A DNA stretch of 64,000 bases, from positions 36,535 through 100,534 of IMG/VR virus record IMGVR_UViG_3300028833_002293; one strand, written 5' to 3'. The notes under the pieces were generated by a model. That model worked only from the letters and a program-made list of their open reading frames with translations, had not been told where the DNA came from and searched no databases. Made by a program: the position numbers and the translations under genes. Shown here piece after piece: positions 10,550 through 20,851 of the stretch; positions within the stretch are counted from its first letter, which is position 1; each line of letters starts with the position of its first letter. Source of the stretch: a virus (taxonomy: Duplodnaviria > Heunggongvirae > Uroviricota > Caudoviricetes).

Positions 10550-11317
10550 TCACCCATTATTGATTGAACATTCAAAAATGGATACAAGGTCATTTGGTTT
10601 CAGCTTTTCAACGAATCGTGGGAAAAAGTCATTTATCCACCTTTCCTCATTTCCATCGTCATCAACATCAACCCATCCATTCTTATCAGCATAGGCATAG
10701 TTCCAGTATGCTGTGCTATAGGTAACGTAAGCCTCCTTTGACTTGAAGTTCTCAAAGTATGCTTCCCTATCTTTCATTGAATTGTAAATGGTTTTCTCTT
10801 GGTCATTCTGTGGTTCTCTACCATCCACGACAAGTTCCCAAGCAGCTTCATATACCTCTTTGTTAGCACCATTCATTGCATTCCAATCAACGTCTTTAGC
10901 TAATGCACTATAAGATTCTGACCCATCTTTCAATTTCAATGGTATACAGAAATTGCGCCCTATCCTACAAGTGTTATATTTAACGTTAGGATTGTCTTCT
11001 GACAGTGCATCACCATCTTCATTGTAGTACATTCCGTCTGTAAGCTCTCTGTAGTACTCGAATGGTGTTAGCTTGCTAAGATTGTCTAAACGTGCTTGTA
11101 AGGCTTCTTTAAGCGTTGGTTGAAGCCCAATGGTATCTACGTTATCAAGCATCGTCTGAATGGCTTTAATTGCCGTATCTTGGTATTTCTTAGCGTTAAG
11201 GTATTTGTATTTGACGTATGGTTCTGACTTGTAATCAGAACCATACTTTTCTACTATTTGTTTTGGGTTCTCACCCACTACCATCAATGAATAAAATTTG
11301 CTATTTGTCTGTGCCAT
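10550..11317 (-). CDS. hypothetical acidic protein
   Basis: 255 aa ORF. Confidence 0.55.
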   Translation of the reverse strand: MAQTNSKFYSLMVVGENPKQIVEKYGSDYKSEPYVKYKYLNAKKYQDTAIKAIQTMLDNVDTIGLQPTLKEALQARLDNLSKLTPFEYYRELTDGMYYNEDGDALSEDNPNVKYNTCRIGRNFCIPLKLKDGSESYSALAKDVDWNAMNGANKEVYEAAWELVVDGREPQNDQEKTIYNSMKDREAYFENFKSKEAYVTYSTAYWNYAYADKNGWVDVDDDGNEERWINDFFPRFVEKLKPNDLVSIFECSINNG

Positions 11318-11319
11318 AA

Positions 11320-12810
11320 TTATCCATGTCCTTCTCCATTGTCGGTAGCTATAGCACCTCTTGTTGCATCTGCTACAGCACCTCTTAGTGTTGCTGGGTT
11401 GTAATATATCATGTCATCATTGTTAGCAGTAAAAGTGTTAACCAACTCAGCAGTAAGTCTATCAACCTCGTTTCTTATACCACGAACTGTTTCCTCATTT
11501 GGGTGAAGAACCTCATCATGGTCGATTACAGTAGTGTTAGTTGCACGTCTCATTGTACCATCGTCATAGATTTCGTAACGTCCTGGATTCCATGCAATTG
11601 GTGCGTCTAGTGCTTGTCTTACACCGTTATCTCTTCCATTGTTGTCTTCCTCTGCAAGCATTTCATCAATGAAATCTCTCTCTGCTTCATAATTGTTTCC
11701 CTCTTGAATGTTCTCTTCGTCTATAATTTCTTCATCTTCTTCCATTGTTTCATCATCAAATGGGTCATTGTATGTGAATTCATGCGCTTTCATTTTTTCA
11801 TTAAACGAATCAGCCACGTATTCATTTTCTTTAAGCATCTTCGAAAAATCAATTTTGAAAAAGGAAGAGGCTGCGTTATTAAAGTGGAAAAACTGAAACT
11901 TGTTTAAAGATTGGAAAAGAATGTCGTTAATTATGTTTTGACTAGAATTCTTAAATCTGCTATATACCCAGATATAAGGCTTCTTATTATTCTCTACAAT
12001 CTTGTTATAGATTTTATCCATAATCATTCTCTCTTCTGTTATATCCTTAATAACAGTATTATCCTTTGAAGCCCAAGTAGAATGTTTGAATGAGTTCATT
12101 CCAGGATATGCGAATGACGGACAGCTAGCAGTTACGACACAAGCGATATTATATTCTTTTAGAATCTTATCAATATCTTCTTCATTGTATTGCATTCTCT
12201 CATTTTCCCAATACATCTTTCTACCAACACGCTTCTCTTGCTCCATCCTCCATGTTCTGTCAAGAGATACACAACCACCAATACATAGGCAGTTAAACTT
12301 GTTCAGTTTGATAACTGAATAGTCTTGAACCGTTTTGATGTTACTGATGTCAATAAGAGCGTCTTCAAAATACTTAGGGTCATCGTTACCCCTCACAAAC
12401 AATACGTGTGTATTGTTGTCTGCTAGAACCTTATTAAACATTTCTAGCTTATCGTGATAGTATTTCAAATCCTTTTCGCCAAATCCATTGCAACCATCTA
12501 CTATAATAACAGTATCTGTGAGGCTGTAACCACAATTCATCATCTTTGGCATTTTTTTCAGTCTAGTAGGTCTAGGTGCATAGTGCGGTGCTGGACCACC
12601 AAATATTCCACCCCCACCGTTATGATTTTCTTCTTCCCTTTTCCTAGCTAGTCTCTCTTGTCTTTCAATCTCTTTGGGGTGTGTTTCAACCACATAGCTC
12701 TTTAAGTTGCGTAGACTGCCGACTACTGTCTTGATAAATCTATCAAAGTTTCCGTCAATGCTACCGCAAATTAAACAGTTTTTAGTTTTACCATAATCGT
12801 AAATTTTCAT
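11320..12810 (-). CDS. calcineurin-like metallophosphoesterase (possible polynucleotide 3'-phosphatase partner of the RNA ligase)
   Basis: 496 aa; GNDD motif (LFVRGNDDPKYF) and DGC...G metal-binding motifs of the calcineurin-like phosphoesterase fold; promoter 12850..12890. Confidence 0.55.
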   Translation of the reverse strand: MKIYDYGKTKNCLICGSIDGNFDRFIKTVVGSLRNLKSYVVETHPKEIERQERLARKREEENHNGGGGIFGGPAPHYAPRPTRLKKMPKMMNCGYSLTDTVIIVDGCNGFGEKDLKYYHDKLEMFNKVLADNNTHVLFVRGNDDPKYFEDALIDISNIKTVQDYSVIKLNKFNCLCIGGCVSLDRTWRMEQEKRVGRKMYWENERMQYNEEDIDKILKEYNIACVVTASCPSFAYPGMNSFKHSTWASKDNTVIKDITEERMIMDKIYNKIVENNKKPYIWVYSRFKNSSQNIINDILFQSLNKFQFFHFNNAASSFFKIDFSKMLKENEYVADSFNEKMKAHEFTYNDPFDDETMEEDEEIIDEENIQEGNNYEAERDFIDEMLAEEDNNGRDNGVRQALDAPIAWNPGRYEIYDDGTMRRATNTTVIDHDEVLHPNEETVRGIRNEVDRLTAELVNTFTANNDDMIYYNPATLRGAVADATRGAIATDNGEGHG

Positions 12811-12849
12811 CTTTGAGTTAGGTTTAAAATGTTTAACATAAATTTCCTT

Positions 12850-12890
12850 TTTGCAAAGATATGTTTTTTTTTCTTAAAAAACAAATAAAA
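12850..12890 (-). promoter_or_regulatory. Bacteroidota-type promoter upstream of the phosphoesterase gene
   Basis: ttgcaaagatatg...acaaat. Confidence 0.55.
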
Positions 12891-12947
12891 AGATAAAAAA
12901 AATGAGCGATGAAATAATTTTTTTATTCATCGCTCATTGGCGGTTAT

Positions 12948-15005
12948 TTAAGCTCTAGTAAGCTCGTACTCAAGAGCATCTTCTGTCTTGGTTACATCGC
13001 TTTCGACTACATACTTTCCGAAAATAGACTCTGTAGGCTTGATGTACTCATCCAAGTTGATGCCGCACTCTTTAGCAAGGTCTTTAGCTTGCTTTCTAAT
13101 CTTCAAGTCAGGTCTCTGACCAAGCAACTTGAGTGCTTCCATGTTCTTATTGCGGATGCAATTCTCAACAGCAGAACAATCAAAGTCGTTAACAACATTG
13201 ACATCAATGTTCTTCTTAGAGACAAGTGCCTCTACAACCCATACCTCGCTAGGATACTCACAAGCCACGTTAATAGCTGTATCGTTATTGAGGTCTTTAG
13301 CATTGAAGTCGAAAGTCTTACTTGACAGTATAGACTTAATCATACTTTTCAATAGAGTGTTGTCCTCCTTAGAGGTGCTAACCTCGTCACTACCACTCAG
13401 ATAAAGAAGTGACTCAAGAAGTGTCTCACCGAAACCATCCTCAATCTTAGAGTCAAAGCCCTCATAATTAACGATAGTGTCGAAAAGCTTGAACATCTTG
13501 TTGTTGATAGCTGAGAAGATAGGAACTCTCTGGTTGAACTCGTAGTTGACGTTAATCTTACCACGCTCCTTTTCAATTAGCTTGATTGCACCAATCTCAT
13601 CGTTCTCGTCAATGAGCTTATGAAGCAGAATAGATGGGTCAATTGCCTCACGGTTAAGGAAGTCATCTGTTGACATTCCAATTTTAGAGAAATAGCCGTC
13701 CCTTGTTATGTCTGCACCAAAAATGTCTTGCATTCTCACAAGAGACAATGTACCATATTGGTCTTTACGGTACTGCATCGCAATTAATGACTTGTCGTTA
13801 TTGATTGGGAGATTGAAATCCATGAACAAATAAATCTTGTTGCTGTTATCAATTCCATTGAAGTTATTAGCCTTAATGAAAGTTTTCTTAACAAAGTCAT
13901 TGAATGCTCTAGTGTTCAGAATGTTAAGAACCAAGCGTCCATCGTTTTCATATGCCACCGCATATGACTCTGGATTTTTCTTAACCATTTCCAAGATGTC
14001 TGTAATGTTCCATTTGAAACCCAAGTCTTTTGGGAGACGCATGAAGATGCTCATCTTGATACCGAACTTATCAAAAACGTTGTAGATACTCAGACTCTCA
14101 TTACCTTGAGTATAAGGACTAATCATACCATAGTTATGACAAGTCTGTGCCTCAACAATACCTTGACCACCCTCTACTGTAAAACCGATATGTGCGAATG
14201 CGTCAGTCTCCTTACGGCTGAAGTCGAACAAGAAGTATTGGTCACGGTTTGACTTACTTGTAACATAGTTCTTGAAATAGTTTTCTTCACGAGCGATACA
14301 CCATCCTGTACGCCCGTTACCACAAAGTTTATGGCTTGAATCGAATGAAGGGACATGAACGACCACACAAGGGCCTTCATTGAACACAACCTCACAGTCT
14401 TTTGTATTGTGCTCCATGTAAGCAAAAAGGTCTTCCTTACCCTCTTTCCAATCATAGGACTTATTCAAACAGTCCAAGATTGCTTGGTGAAGAGAATCAG
14501 CAGACTTGAGGGCAGAGCAAGTACTGTAGAACTTGTTCTTGATACCCATAGGCTTCTTATTAAATGCCTTAAAGACATCGTACCATTTTTTAATAGTTGG
14601 GCTTCCGTAAGCACCAAGAGGCGTGTATTCTCTTCCCAAGATAGTGTCAGTAAGAATTTTCCTCTGGTCGGTGTTGAAGCGTGAAATGATATTCTTAATA
14701 AACACAATACGGTCAACGCCTTCAATCTCTTTAAGTAACTGCGCAATACCACTTTTATTAGAGTATGACACTACGTTCCTTTTTTCGAGCTTACTAATTA
14801 AATTGCTGTTACCAACAATCCAATTGTGGATATGCTCAAGCTCTTCAAACGTCATAGACTGAGAGAAAATCATTCTAACAGCCCAAATCTGATAGTTTGA
14901 CTGGCCATCGAACATTTCACATACCTTAATAAACAATTTGTTAGTTTCTGGATTGATGCCATACTTATCAATCAAAGGCTGCATCTGTTTTTTGTTATAA
15001 GTCAT
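12948..15005 (-). CDS. large protein with C-terminal ankyrin repeats; shares a central domain with 15329..17809
   Basis: 685 aa; ankyrin-like repeats near the C-terminus; central region FLFDFSRKETDAFAHIGFT aligns with QYMIFDFSKLEDDKLSIVGFT of the next gene. Confidence 0.55.
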   Translation of the reverse strand: MTYNKKQMQPLIDKYGINPETNKLFIKVCEMFDGQSNYQIWAVRMIFSQSMTFEELEHIHNWIVGNSNLISKLEKRNVVSYSNKSGIAQLLKEIEGVDRIVFIKNIISRFNTDQRKILTDTILGREYTPLGAYGSPTIKKWYDVFKAFNKKPMGIKNKFYSTCSALKSADSLHQAILDCLNKSYDWKEGKEDLFAYMEHNTKDCEVVFNEGPCVVVHVPSFDSSHKLCGNGRTGWCIAREENYFKNYVTSKSNRDQYFLFDFSRKETDAFAHIGFTVEGGQGIVEAQTCHNYGMISPYTQGNESLSIYNVFDKFGIKMSIFMRLPKDLGFKWNITDILEMVKKNPESYAVAYENDGRLVLNILNTRAFNDFVKKTFIKANNFNGIDNSNKIYLFMDFNLPINNDKSLIAMQYRKDQYGTLSLVRMQDIFGADITRDGYFSKIGMSTDDFLNREAIDPSILLHKLIDENDEIGAIKLIEKERGKINVNYEFNQRVPIFSAINNKMFKLFDTIVNYEGFDSKIEDGFGETLLESLLYLSGSDEVSTSKEDNTLLKSMIKSILSSKTFDFNAKDLNNDTAINVACEYPSEVWVVEALVSKKNIDVNVVNDFDCSAVENCIRNKNMEALKLLGQRPDLKIRKQAKDLAKECGINLDEYIKPTESIFGKYVVESDVTKTEDALEYELTRA

Positions 15006-15098
15006 TGTTTATGAAATAATTTAAATTTGTTTCTTGTTTGTTTTGTGCAAAGATATATCTAATTTTTCTATCTGCCAAATTTTTTTAGTTAACAAAAC

Positions 15099-15323
15099 TT
15101 AAAAGAAAGAAAAAAATATCGTCCATGCGACAATAATCACTATCATCATAAGGAAAGATATGATTGCACCGTTCTTTGATTCATCTTCATTGAATGCAAT
15201 AACCCTAACTGCCTTACTGAATTTGTCATTGATAAAGAATACTGTAAAAGCAATTGCAATGAATAAGACAAATGTTTTCATTTTCTTAATTTTTAAAGTG
15301 TGGTGTGCTATATAACACACCAC
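15099..15323 (-). CDS. small membrane protein
   Basis: 74 aa hydrophobic ORF. Confidence 0.35.
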   Translation of the reverse strand: MVCYIAHHTLKIKKMKTFVLFIAIAFTVFFINDKFSKAVRVIAFNEDESKNGAIISFLMMIVIIVAWTIFFSFF

Positions 15324-15328
15324 TTATT

Positions 15329-17809
15329 TTAGAACGGAGGGTTTTCTAAGTCTATGGTATATCGACCAACTCTTCCACTGTTAACAGTAACATGACTTAC
15401 TACAAACGCCTCTTGCTCTTTCTTGGTCTTTATAACTGAGTCATAGATTGGGGCAATCCAAGCATGTTTCTCAGCTAGACTCTTAATTGTATCTTGCATT
15501 TCCTCGTCACCGAATCTTGCAAAGTAAGACACAATATAATTAGTTGTATCTCTTTTTTCGGACATATTTAGATTATCAAGCATCAAATACATAAGTTCCT
15601 TGATAAGAGCACCTGTTAAACCAGAATTATAGATATTACTAATAATTTTATGGTATATCATATTGAAATCAGTACCCTTCTTATTCTCACGTTTGATAAT
15701 TTCTTTGACAATAAGGTAATTACCCACGTACATAACATCATTACGATTCTTCAATGTCTCGTTATAGAAAGCCTCAATACGCTCTTCATTCGGTTTCTCC
15801 ATCACTGAGTTACGATACAACTGTCTGCTAGCTGTTTTGAGATTATTGAACGAACATTTCAAAATCTCTGCAATATAGCTAGAATCTATATACTCGTTGA
15901 GGTAATGACCATTGTCATATATAATGTTAAGATAGTCGAATGATAAGAAATCTACAACTGACTGATATATAGTGTGATAGATTGTTTCATGCTCAAAGTA
16001 ATCCATCATTGCCTTATGCAAGCAATTCTTTTCTTTCTTGATACAGTCCATCAACATGTTTACATTAAAACTAGTGAAAGCGTTTCTAACTTTCTTATTA
16101 ATGTCATCAGTTCTTCTGATAATATCATAAGGTACACCAAATTCAATCAGTTTGGAATCAAAATTGACATTGACGCTCATTGAGGTTTCATTGTACATAT
16201 AGTTGCAATAGTCTTCTTCTGAGTCACCGTTATAGATGATACCAAATATCAGTTTATTTGGGTCATACTGACTCATAGTGAAATCAGCAAAGATAATGTG
16301 TTGCTCTTCATAATCATCAGATGAAATGTTATCCATGTAAGCATCACCAAAGAAATACTTGATATTCTCGTCACGAACTGACAGCACAAGTCTGTCACCA
16401 TCATATTTGATAACATCGACATTATTCTTGTCCACACACTCATAGAGATAAGACATTAAATCCTCATAGCTCCACTTGTATTGCGGTTTATCATAATGCG
16501 CAACTAGAGTGATGTCAATGCCACAATTCTGGAGCACCTTGTAGATGCTGTTACTACCATCGAATCTTGCAAGGTATGACTTGAGCATAAGGGTATTCAT
16601 GTTGTTACCACCATTCATCAAGTTATCGTTGATGAAGTTGTGTGCCGAAGTGATACCCTTGTTGTATGTTGTGGTAAAACCTACAATAGATAGTTTATCA
16701 TCCTCAAGTTTTGAGAAGTCAAAAATCATATACTGTGTTGCCTTACCATGATTATATTCAATGTAATTATTCCAATATGTCTTATTCTTGGAAATACACC
16801 AGTTGGTTGTCTTACCCAATTGCTTGATGGTTTCGTAGTCTGCTACTTTAACAAGAACAACAAAATCGTTTTCATAGACCACCTCATAGTTGATACCATC
16901 TACATTCTTAATGAAATCCATGAATGACTCCTTACTCCAGTCAAAATGTACACTTGTGACGTGTCTCATTTGACGCATAAGCTCTTGATAGTTATCAATA
17001 GTTGATACCTTTCTAATGAAGTTGTTCTTCTTTGTGTCAGAAAGCTTAGAGAATCTTGCCAACGTATTCTTGTCAGTCTTTGACTGTTCGTTAGTTTTCA
17101 ATAGTTTTTTCTGTGCTGTATTGAATAAGTTGATGGCATCGTTAACTCGCTTCTCATTTCTGAGAATTGCCAACTCTTCCATAAGGTCGTTTACACTTTC
17201 TTGACTTGTATAAGCTGTGATAGTACCTTTTGACAAGTTTTTTGTCAACTGCTTATAATGCTCATTCCAAGTGAGGATGTTAAGAATAGTACGCATAGAG
17301 CAACCAGCCTTGAAATATAAATCCATAGCCCACTGGAAGAAGTATTTAGAACCTTCAGTATAGATGTAAATTCTCTTGACTCTAATATCATTAGTATTTA
17401 CACCATACTTTTCAGTAAGGCTTTTGACCATCTTGTTATTTTCCTTCAAGAATGATGCATAGTCTTTGTCAAACGAATTAGGAAGAAGTGTTATCTCGTT
17501 GAATAAACCATTATATCCCCTAAATCCGTCACAGCTTTTAGTTACCTCTAATAACCCATTATGAGTAACCTCATACAACATATCACGCATTTCAGTGGAA
17601 AGACTAGATAGTGTATGAATGCTATAGTTACCTTTGTTATACCAAGAACTAAAGATATACATTCGCTCTCCTATTTTTGAGTCAGGTTTTGTTTTGATGA
17701 CCTCACAAATGTCCCAGCCATGCTCTCCGCCTCTGACTAAGATTTTTCTAAGAGAGCAATCAGACACCCTCCATAGATGTCTGATTCCTCTTATATTAGT
17801 ACCTATCAT
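15329..17809 (-). CDS. large hypothetical protein (paralogous central domain with 12948..15005)
   Basis: 826 aa uninterrupted ORF. Confidence 0.6.
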   Translation of the reverse strand: MIGTNIRGIRHLWRVSDCSLRKILVRGGEHGWDICEVIKTKPDSKIGERMYIFSSWYNKGNYSIHTLSSLSTEMRDMLYEVTHNGLLEVTKSCDGFRGYNGLFNEITLLPNSFDKDYASFLKENNKMVKSLTEKYGVNTNDIRVKRIYIYTEGSKYFFQWAMDLYFKAGCSMRTILNILTWNEHYKQLTKNLSKGTITAYTSQESVNDLMEELAILRNEKRVNDAINLFNTAQKKLLKTNEQSKTDKNTLARFSKLSDTKKNNFIRKVSTIDNYQELMRQMRHVTSVHFDWSKESFMDFIKNVDGINYEVVYENDFVVLVKVADYETIKQLGKTTNWCISKNKTYWNNYIEYNHGKATQYMIFDFSKLEDDKLSIVGFTTTYNKGITSAHNFINDNLMNGGNNMNTLMLKSYLARFDGSNSIYKVLQNCGIDITLVAHYDKPQYKWSYEDLMSYLYECVDKNNVDVIKYDGDRLVLSVRDENIKYFFGDAYMDNISSDDYEEQHIIFADFTMSQYDPNKLIFGIIYNGDSEEDYCNYMYNETSMSVNVNFDSKLIEFGVPYDIIRRTDDINKKVRNAFTSFNVNMLMDCIKKEKNCLHKAMMDYFEHETIYHTIYQSVVDFLSFDYLNIIYDNGHYLNEYIDSSYIAEILKCSFNNLKTASRQLYRNSVMEKPNEERIEAFYNETLKNRNDVMYVGNYLIVKEIIKRENKKGTDFNMIYHKIISNIYNSGLTGALIKELMYLMLDNLNMSEKRDTTNYIVSYFARFGDEEMQDTIKSLAEKHAWIAPIYDSVIKTKKEQEAFVVSHVTVNSGRVGRYTIDLENPPF

Positions 17810-17818
17810 AACGTATTT

Positions 17819-19309
17819 TTAGAATTTAATTTCGTTACTAAATTTCTCTGTGATAGCCTTTTCAAATTCATCGAATTTGATGCTAGCCTTTTCACATAAG
17901 TCCTTTACGGCTTCAAGAACCTCTTCCTTGATTGCAAGTATATGAGAGTCATAACGATTGACGATATACTTGACAGACTCAAACTTGAGTTCATCTTCTT
18001 TCTTGGTTGCGGTAGTTGTTGTAGTGGTGCTACGTGTGGTCTGTGCGCCATATCCGTAGTAGCTTCTACGGTTGTTATCACCAAGGTCTTGGAGCATTTC
18101 TGTATCGTCAACAGCAACACGCTCGTATGTACCGTTATTGTTACGCCTGAACGAATTCTCAGTGCTAGAAGTCCAGCTGTTGCCTACATGCTTCAGCTTA
18201 TGCTCTGTGCAACCAATATTGTCGATAAGGTCAATACCCATACCGCAAGCTTGGTCCATATCCTCAACGATAATATACTCACTTGGTGAGTGTGCGTAGT
18301 AGCCGCCATTACCGAAATTCATACAGATAATATCTGTCTTCTCACGAATGTTCTTAACATCCGTGTAAGGCTCTGAGAAGAAACAACCCTTGGTAAGACC
18401 CCAACGGTCACAAACCTCTTTCATGTGTTTTGTGTAGAACTCGTAGCTAAACAGCTTCACTCCATTACAAGACCATGCAGCACGATAAAGGTCTGGAGAG
18501 TCATAACCAATCACGTAACCTACATCCTTGAACCAATCTAAGTCAAGTGCGTTAGAACCGTGACAGCCAGTTTCCTCATCCAAGAAGAAACAAGCCTTGA
18601 GTTTATCAAGATGGTCAAACATTGACAGACAGATGCAGACACCACTCTTATCATCAGCACCGATACCGATTGCTGCGCCACCATTTGCATCCACACTTAC
18701 CTTGTGATACCCCTCCTTAGTTCTCTCAGTTTTGAGGTCAAGAGGTACACCAGCGTAGATATATGGGTCTTGCTTGTCTTGCACTGTGTCCAAGTGTGAC
18801 GTTACACAAGGATAAAACTCACCTTCTGCAAGCTCACCCTTTGTGAGATATACGTTTCCGAAATCGTCAAACTCGTATTTGACACCATTTCTTCTTGCCC
18901 ATAAAATGATGAATGTCACCATGCGATACTCTTTCTTAGAATGAGTTGGCACAGCCATACAATCATACACGAAGCTTTTGTCCAAATAGAGCAACTGCAT
19001 ATCATCGTCTTTTGGGTCTTCAGGCAGTTCTACTTTCTTTTCCTCTTCGCTGGGCTTTGACTCATTTGAGTTAGCATTTGTTGCTGTGTTTACATCAGCA
19101 TTAGGGGTGTTTTCTGCACCCTTATTCTCTACATTCTCATTAGAGTCATTTTTCTGTTCTTTTTCAGCCTCACTAGGAATGTTTACATTTTCCTCATAAG
19201 GCGTGTTGGCAACAACATTGCCATTCTCAGTTAAATTCTTTGAGTCAGCCATTTCTATTATTGATTTAATAAGTTTCTGCAAAGATATAATTTTTTTTTG
19301 GTTAAACAA
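17819..19309 (-). CDS. putative metallopeptidase-like protein with low-complexity N- and C-terminal regions
   Basis: 496 aa; SHLDTVQD resembles the HxDVV metal-binding motif of the M20/M28 families; promoter 19278..19315. Confidence 0.35.
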   Translation of the reverse strand: MFNQKKIISLQKLIKSIIEMADSKNLTENGNVVANTPYEENVNIPSEAEKEQKNDSNENVENKGAENTPNADVNTATNANSNESKPSEEEKKVELPEDPKDDDMQLLYLDKSFVYDCMAVPTHSKKEYRMVTFIILWARRNGVKYEFDDFGNVYLTKGELAEGEFYPCVTSHLDTVQDKQDPYIYAGVPLDLKTERTKEGYHKVSVDANGGAAIGIGADDKSGVCICLSMFDHLDKLKACFFLDEETGCHGSNALDLDWFKDVGYVIGYDSPDLYRAAWSCNGVKLFSYEFYTKHMKEVCDRWGLTKGCFFSEPYTDVKNIREKTDIICMNFGNGGYYAHSPSEYIIVEDMDQACGMGIDLIDNIGCTEHKLKHVGNSWTSSTENSFRRNNNGTYERVAVDDTEMLQDLGDNNRRSYYGYGAQTTRSTTTTTTATKKEDELKFESVKYIVNRYDSHILAIKEEVLEAVKDLCEKASIKFDEFEKAITEKFSNEIKF

Positions 19310-19344
19310 ATAATTAATAAAAACTTTAACGTTTTTTAATCAAA

Positions 19345-19590
19345 TCACTCGATAATTGCACAAGTAGCCAACGGCAAATGTTTATCTTTCGGTGCTATTT
19401 GAATTCGTGTTTCTTTCCTTTTTCCTATTGTTATGTCCTTTTCATGACAATCTTTAGTTGCAACATTTACCCCAATTTTATAACCAAGTTCTCTAATTAG
19501 ACTAATCCTAAAATCAATCTCTTTAACATGGTCAATGAAATAATTTATATCCCTAATATCCCTAGATATGTCTTTAACTTTTTTACCCAT
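19345..19590 (-). CDS. hypothetical protein
   Basis: 81 aa ORF. Confidence 0.35.
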   Translation of the reverse strand: MGKKVKDISRDIRDINYFIDHVKEIDFRISLIRELGYKIGVNVATKDCHEKDITIGKRKETRIQIAPKDKHLPLATCAIIE

Positions 19591-19945
19591 TGTGTAATAC
19601 TGAGTTTAGAAGTATTTTCTTGTCTTGGGATGGGAGTTTAAACCATTTACTTGAGAAGCGAGACAATCCAAACTGATTCTTAATCCGTGTTTTGTCCGTA
19701 TTCGCTAATGCGTCATAAGTTCTAATCAATTCACCTTTAAGAAGAATGTTCCTTTGATGATAAGTCAATTTATTAAAAATATTTGACCAATCATTTGTAG
19801 GTAAATGATACCTTGCAAATATGTGTTTGTATTTGGAACTAGTATGCAACCTTTCAGTAACGGTCTTCTTGTCCCATCTGTCGCTTGCCCTTCGCTCTAT
19901 TGAGGCACGTGATAATATGTTATTGCTACTTTCATTTTCAGCCAT
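19583..19945 (-). CDS. hypothetical protein
   Basis: 120 aa ORF. Confidence 0.4.
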   Translation of the reverse strand: MAENESSNNILSRASIERRASDRWDKKTVTERLHTSSKYKHIFARYHLPTNDWSNIFNKLTYHQRNILLKGELIRTYDALANTDKTRIKNQFGLSRFSSKWFKLPSQDKKILLNSVLHNG

Positions 19946-20478
19946 TATGAATTTTTTCTTTTTAAAATATGGAAATAAAATGACTTTTCAACACCTTCCC
20001 ATGAACTCACTTGAGCCATCGACTTATAATAAGTGTACCAATCATTTTCATTAATCTCTGGGAAACTGACATCACCTTCCTTATCATCTTTCACTATTGT
20101 AAGCCTTAACTCGTCAACCAAATCGCTATCCATAAACTGGCGATATACCGTCTCACCACCAATCACGAAAAGCTCCTTATCTGAGAAGAAAGCTTCGCAC
20201 AAATCAATCACATCTTGAACGGAATGAACAATGTAAGCATTGTCAAAATCTTGACTAACACCGTATTCCTTGTCAGAGGTCAGGATTATATTAATCCTAT
20301 CCTTTAAAGGCTCACTATTGGGCAAACTCTCAAATGTCTTTCTTCCCATAATCACAACATTGTTTTTTGTCATTCTAGCAAAATTTGCAATGTCATTCTT
20401 AATGGTATAAAGCAATTTACCGTCTTTTCCCAATGCCCTTTTTTGGTTAATACACGCAATAATCTTAAACATAAACAA
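19945..20478 (-). CDS. folA: dihydrofolate reductase
   Basis: 177 aa; N-terminal IIACINQKRALGKDGKLLY...VIMGRKTFESLP matches the DHFR signature; promoter 20495..20514. Confidence 0.7.
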   Translation of the reverse strand: MFMFKIIACINQKRALGKDGKLLYTIKNDIANFARMTKNNVVIMGRKTFESLPNSEPLKDRINIILTSDKEYGVSQDFDNAYIVHSVQDVIDLCEAFFSDKELFVIGGETVYRQFMDSDLVDELRLTIVKDDKEGDVSFPEINENDWYTYYKSMAQVSSWEGVEKSFYFHILKRKNS

Positions 20479-20513
20479 AAAATTAATTACTTTGCTGCAA
20501 AGATATAAAAAAA

Positions 20514-20545
20514 CATGGAGGATTCAAAATCCCCCACGTTAAATT
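20514..20545 (-). terminator. second copy of the same terminator hairpin
   Basis: acatggaggattcaaaatcccccacgt imperfect inverted repeat followed on the minus strand by a T-run; homologous to 2129..2160. Confidence 0.45.
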
Positions 20546-20548
20546 ATG

Positions 20549-20842
20549 TTAATTATGCTCTAATAGTATGCTAAAAAAACAATTACTAATAATTTCTTGA
20601 ACTGCGTTATGGTATAAATATTTCCTACACTCATCAAGAAAAGGCTTTTCTTTACACAATTCTTGCGGTTTTTCACCTTTATAGATTACTTTCCACTCTG
20701 TTCCATCAAGTTTTTTACATTTTCCATATGGGTCAATATCTTTATAATAGTAAAGTGTTACAGTTTCTATTTTATAACCAAGTCTAGAAAGTAATTCATT
20801 ACATTGGTCATCTGAAAATTGTAAATTAATATATGTATTCAT
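20549..20842 (-). CDS. hypothetical protein
   Basis: 97 aa ORF. Confidence 0.4.
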   Translation of the reverse strand: MNTYINLQFSDDQCNELLSRLGYKIETVTLYYYKDIDPYGKCKKLDGTEWKVIYKGEKPQELCKEKPFLDECRKYLYHNAVQEIISNCFFSILLEHN

Positions 20843-20851
20843 TTGTAAAAA

